From Armatimonadota bacterium (GTDB taxonomy: Bacteria; Sysuimicrobiota; Sysuimicrobiia; Sysuimicrobiales; Humicultoraceae): a stretch of DNA of 29,606 nucleotides. How positions within the stretch are numbered: position 1 is the stretch's first letter; every line of letters starts with the position of its first letter. Under the pieces are notes generated by a model, which saw only the letters and a list, made by a program, of their open reading frames with translations, was not told the DNA's origin and ran no database searches. The stretch spans positions 1 through 29,606 of the forward strand of contig JBBIJB010000026.1 in NCBI GenBank assembly GCA_037446215.1, in the 5' to 3' direction. This document shows positions 28,574 to 29,606 of this stretch, piece after piece. A program made the position numbers and the translations under genes.

Positions 28574-28600
28574 CGGCCTGGCTGCCGGGCCCCGGCCACG

Positions 28601-28629
28601 TTGCCTCAGGCAGCCCTGGATGGTAGTAT
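28601..28629 (+). promoter_or_regulatory. Putative sigma70 promoter for secG
   Basis: TTGCCT, 17-nt spacer, TAGTAT with extended TGg. Confidence 0.55.
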
Positions 28630-28684
28630 GAAGTGTGGTTCCGGGGCCCAGAGAGCCCCGGGACCGCTTTCTGGAGGTGTAGGT

Positions 28685-28903
28685 GTGAAGGACGTGGCGG
28701 TAATCGCCCACCTTGTCGTGTCGTTTCTACTGGTGGGCATAATCCTCTTGCAGGGGCCCAAGGGCGAGGGCCTCGGCGCCATCGGCGGCAGCGCCCGCAT
28801 CTTCCATGGGCCGCGGCCGCGAGAGACCCTGATGACCCGCCTGACCGCGGCCTTTGCCGGCCTGTTCGCCCTGACGGCGGTCGCTCTCATCTTCCTGCGC
28901 TAG
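28685..28903 (+). CDS. secG: Preprotein translocase subunit SecG
   Basis: 72 aa, 2 TM, ILLQ..KG.GLGAIGG and L.RLT. GTG at 28685 follows GGAGGT; conserved tpiA...secG...tRNA-Leu context. Confidence 0.92.
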   Translation: MKDVAVIAHLVVSFLLVGIILLQGPKGEGLGAIGGSARIFHGPRPRETLMTRLTAAFAGLFALTAVALIFLR

Positions 28904-28930
28904 CGCAGTCCCAGGCATGTCCGAAGCAGT

Positions 28931-28964
28931 CGAGGGAGGCCGCCGGCGGCCTCCCTCGGTCTTT
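28931..28964 (+). terminator. Perfect 28-bp palindrome with short U-tract after secG; probable intrinsic terminator
   Basis: CGAGGGAGGCCGCCGGCGGCCTCCCTCG (28931-28958) equals its own reverse complement and is followed by GTCTTT. Confidence 0.65.
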
Positions 28965-29002
28965 GCCTCGTGCCCCGCGGAGTTCCCGGCAATCCCCGCC
29001 CC

Positions 29003-29011
29003 TGATAAACT
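29003..29011 (+). promoter_or_regulatory. Possible extended -10 promoter for the DoxX gene
   Basis: TGaTAAACT, with a weak TTCCCG 17 nt upstream. Confidence 0.35.
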
Positions 29012-29034
29012 GAGGGCTATAGGAGGTGAGGACG

Positions 29035-29424
29035 GTGAAGATCCTGGTGCTGGTCAGTCAGGTAGTTCTCGGCGTCTACTTCCTGCTCAACGCCTTCAAC
29101 CACTTCCGCAACCGCGAGGGCCTTGTGGGGTACGCACAGTCCCGCGGGGCGGTATCCCCGGCTCTTACGGTGCCCCTGACCGGACTGCTGATGCTGGTAG
29201 TCGGCATCAGCTTCCTTTTCGGATACCGCGTGGTTCTTGGAGCGTGGCTCGGCGTAATCTTCCTGGTGCTGGCGGCATTCCTCGTGCACCACTACTGGAC
29301 GGACGAGGGTGCCCAGAAGATGGGGGAGATGGTGAACTTCCAGAAGAACCTGGCCCTGGCCGCGGCGCTCCTGCTGACGACCTTCCTCTCCCGTGACGTG
29401 TGGGTCATCCGCCTGGGGCCATAG
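29035..29424 (+). CDS. DoxX family membrane protein
   Basis: 4 TM with G..F....NHF, G.....G......G, H..W, F.KNLAL. GTG at 29035 is 7 nt after GGAGGT. Confidence 0.85.
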   Translation: MKILVLVSQVVLGVYFLLNAFNHFRNREGLVGYAQSRGAVSPALTVPLTGLLMLVVGISFLFGYRVVLGAWLGVIFLVLAAFLVHHYWTDEGAQKMGEMVNFQKNLALAAALLLTTFLSRDVWVIRLGP

Positions 29425-29429
29425 CTCGT

Positions 29430-29459
29430 TTGACACCTTGATCTGGACCTCAATATAAT
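29430..29459 (+). promoter_or_regulatory. Consensus sigma70 promoter for tRNA-Leu
   Basis: TTGACA (29430-29435), 18-nt spacer, TATAAT (29454-29459), followed by a GC-rich discriminator. Confidence 0.8.
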
Positions 29460-29500
29460 GAGGGCGCCGCGTTCGGCGCCCTCCGTCGGACGCAACTGTT

Positions 29501-29586
29501 GCCGGGATGGCGGAATTTGGCAGACGCGCACGCTTGAGGGGCGTGTGGGATTTCCCGTGGGGGTTCAAATCCCCCTCCCGGCACCA
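29501..29586 (+). tRNA. tRNA-Leu (anticodon GAG)
   Basis: Acceptor stem GCCGGGA/TCCCGGC, D-loop with GG, anticodon arm CACGC-TTGAGGG-GCGTG, long variable arm, TTCAAATC T-loop, discriminator A and encoded CCA. Confidence 0.97.
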
Positions 29587-29606
29587 GGAAATTGTCAACA
29601 GATTGT

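Noticed and set aside
29587..29606. AT-rich sequence right after the tRNA as an integrated-element boundary
   Set aside because: Only 20 nt are visible; no integrase or duplicated tRNA 3' end can be assessed.

Overview
High-GC bacterial chromosome segment (roughly 70% GC, estimated by eye). The gene set looks Terrabacteria-like; the taxonomy is inference only. All 30 supported ORFs and one tRNA lie on the + strand. Order: partial sucD, YvlD-like membrane protein, rapZ, yvcK, tryptophanase tnaA, then a promoter and a complex I cluster made only of membrane subunits (nuoA-H-J-K-L-M-N; no nuoB/C/D/E/F/G/I). After a second promoter come a complete Thermus-type V/A-ATPase operon (G-I-K-E-C-F-A-B-D), DUF881, Sbp, gap-pgk-tpiA, a frameshift-split PAS/multi-GAF/HD-GYP gene, secG, a DoxX gene and tRNA-Leu(GAG). 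The best candidate for an unusual system is the 'headless' complex I membrane arm. Its NuoL carries an imperfect tandem duplication with an exact 26-residue period in the lateral helix, the hallmark of extra-pump '2M' complexes, although only one nuoM is present here. Its NuoA lacks the conserved E-channel Asp. Other notable points are a strong TAG stop-codon bias (22 of 30), promoter-proximal hairpins and out-of-context DUF881/Sbp genes. No mobile element, CRISPR array or prophage was seen.
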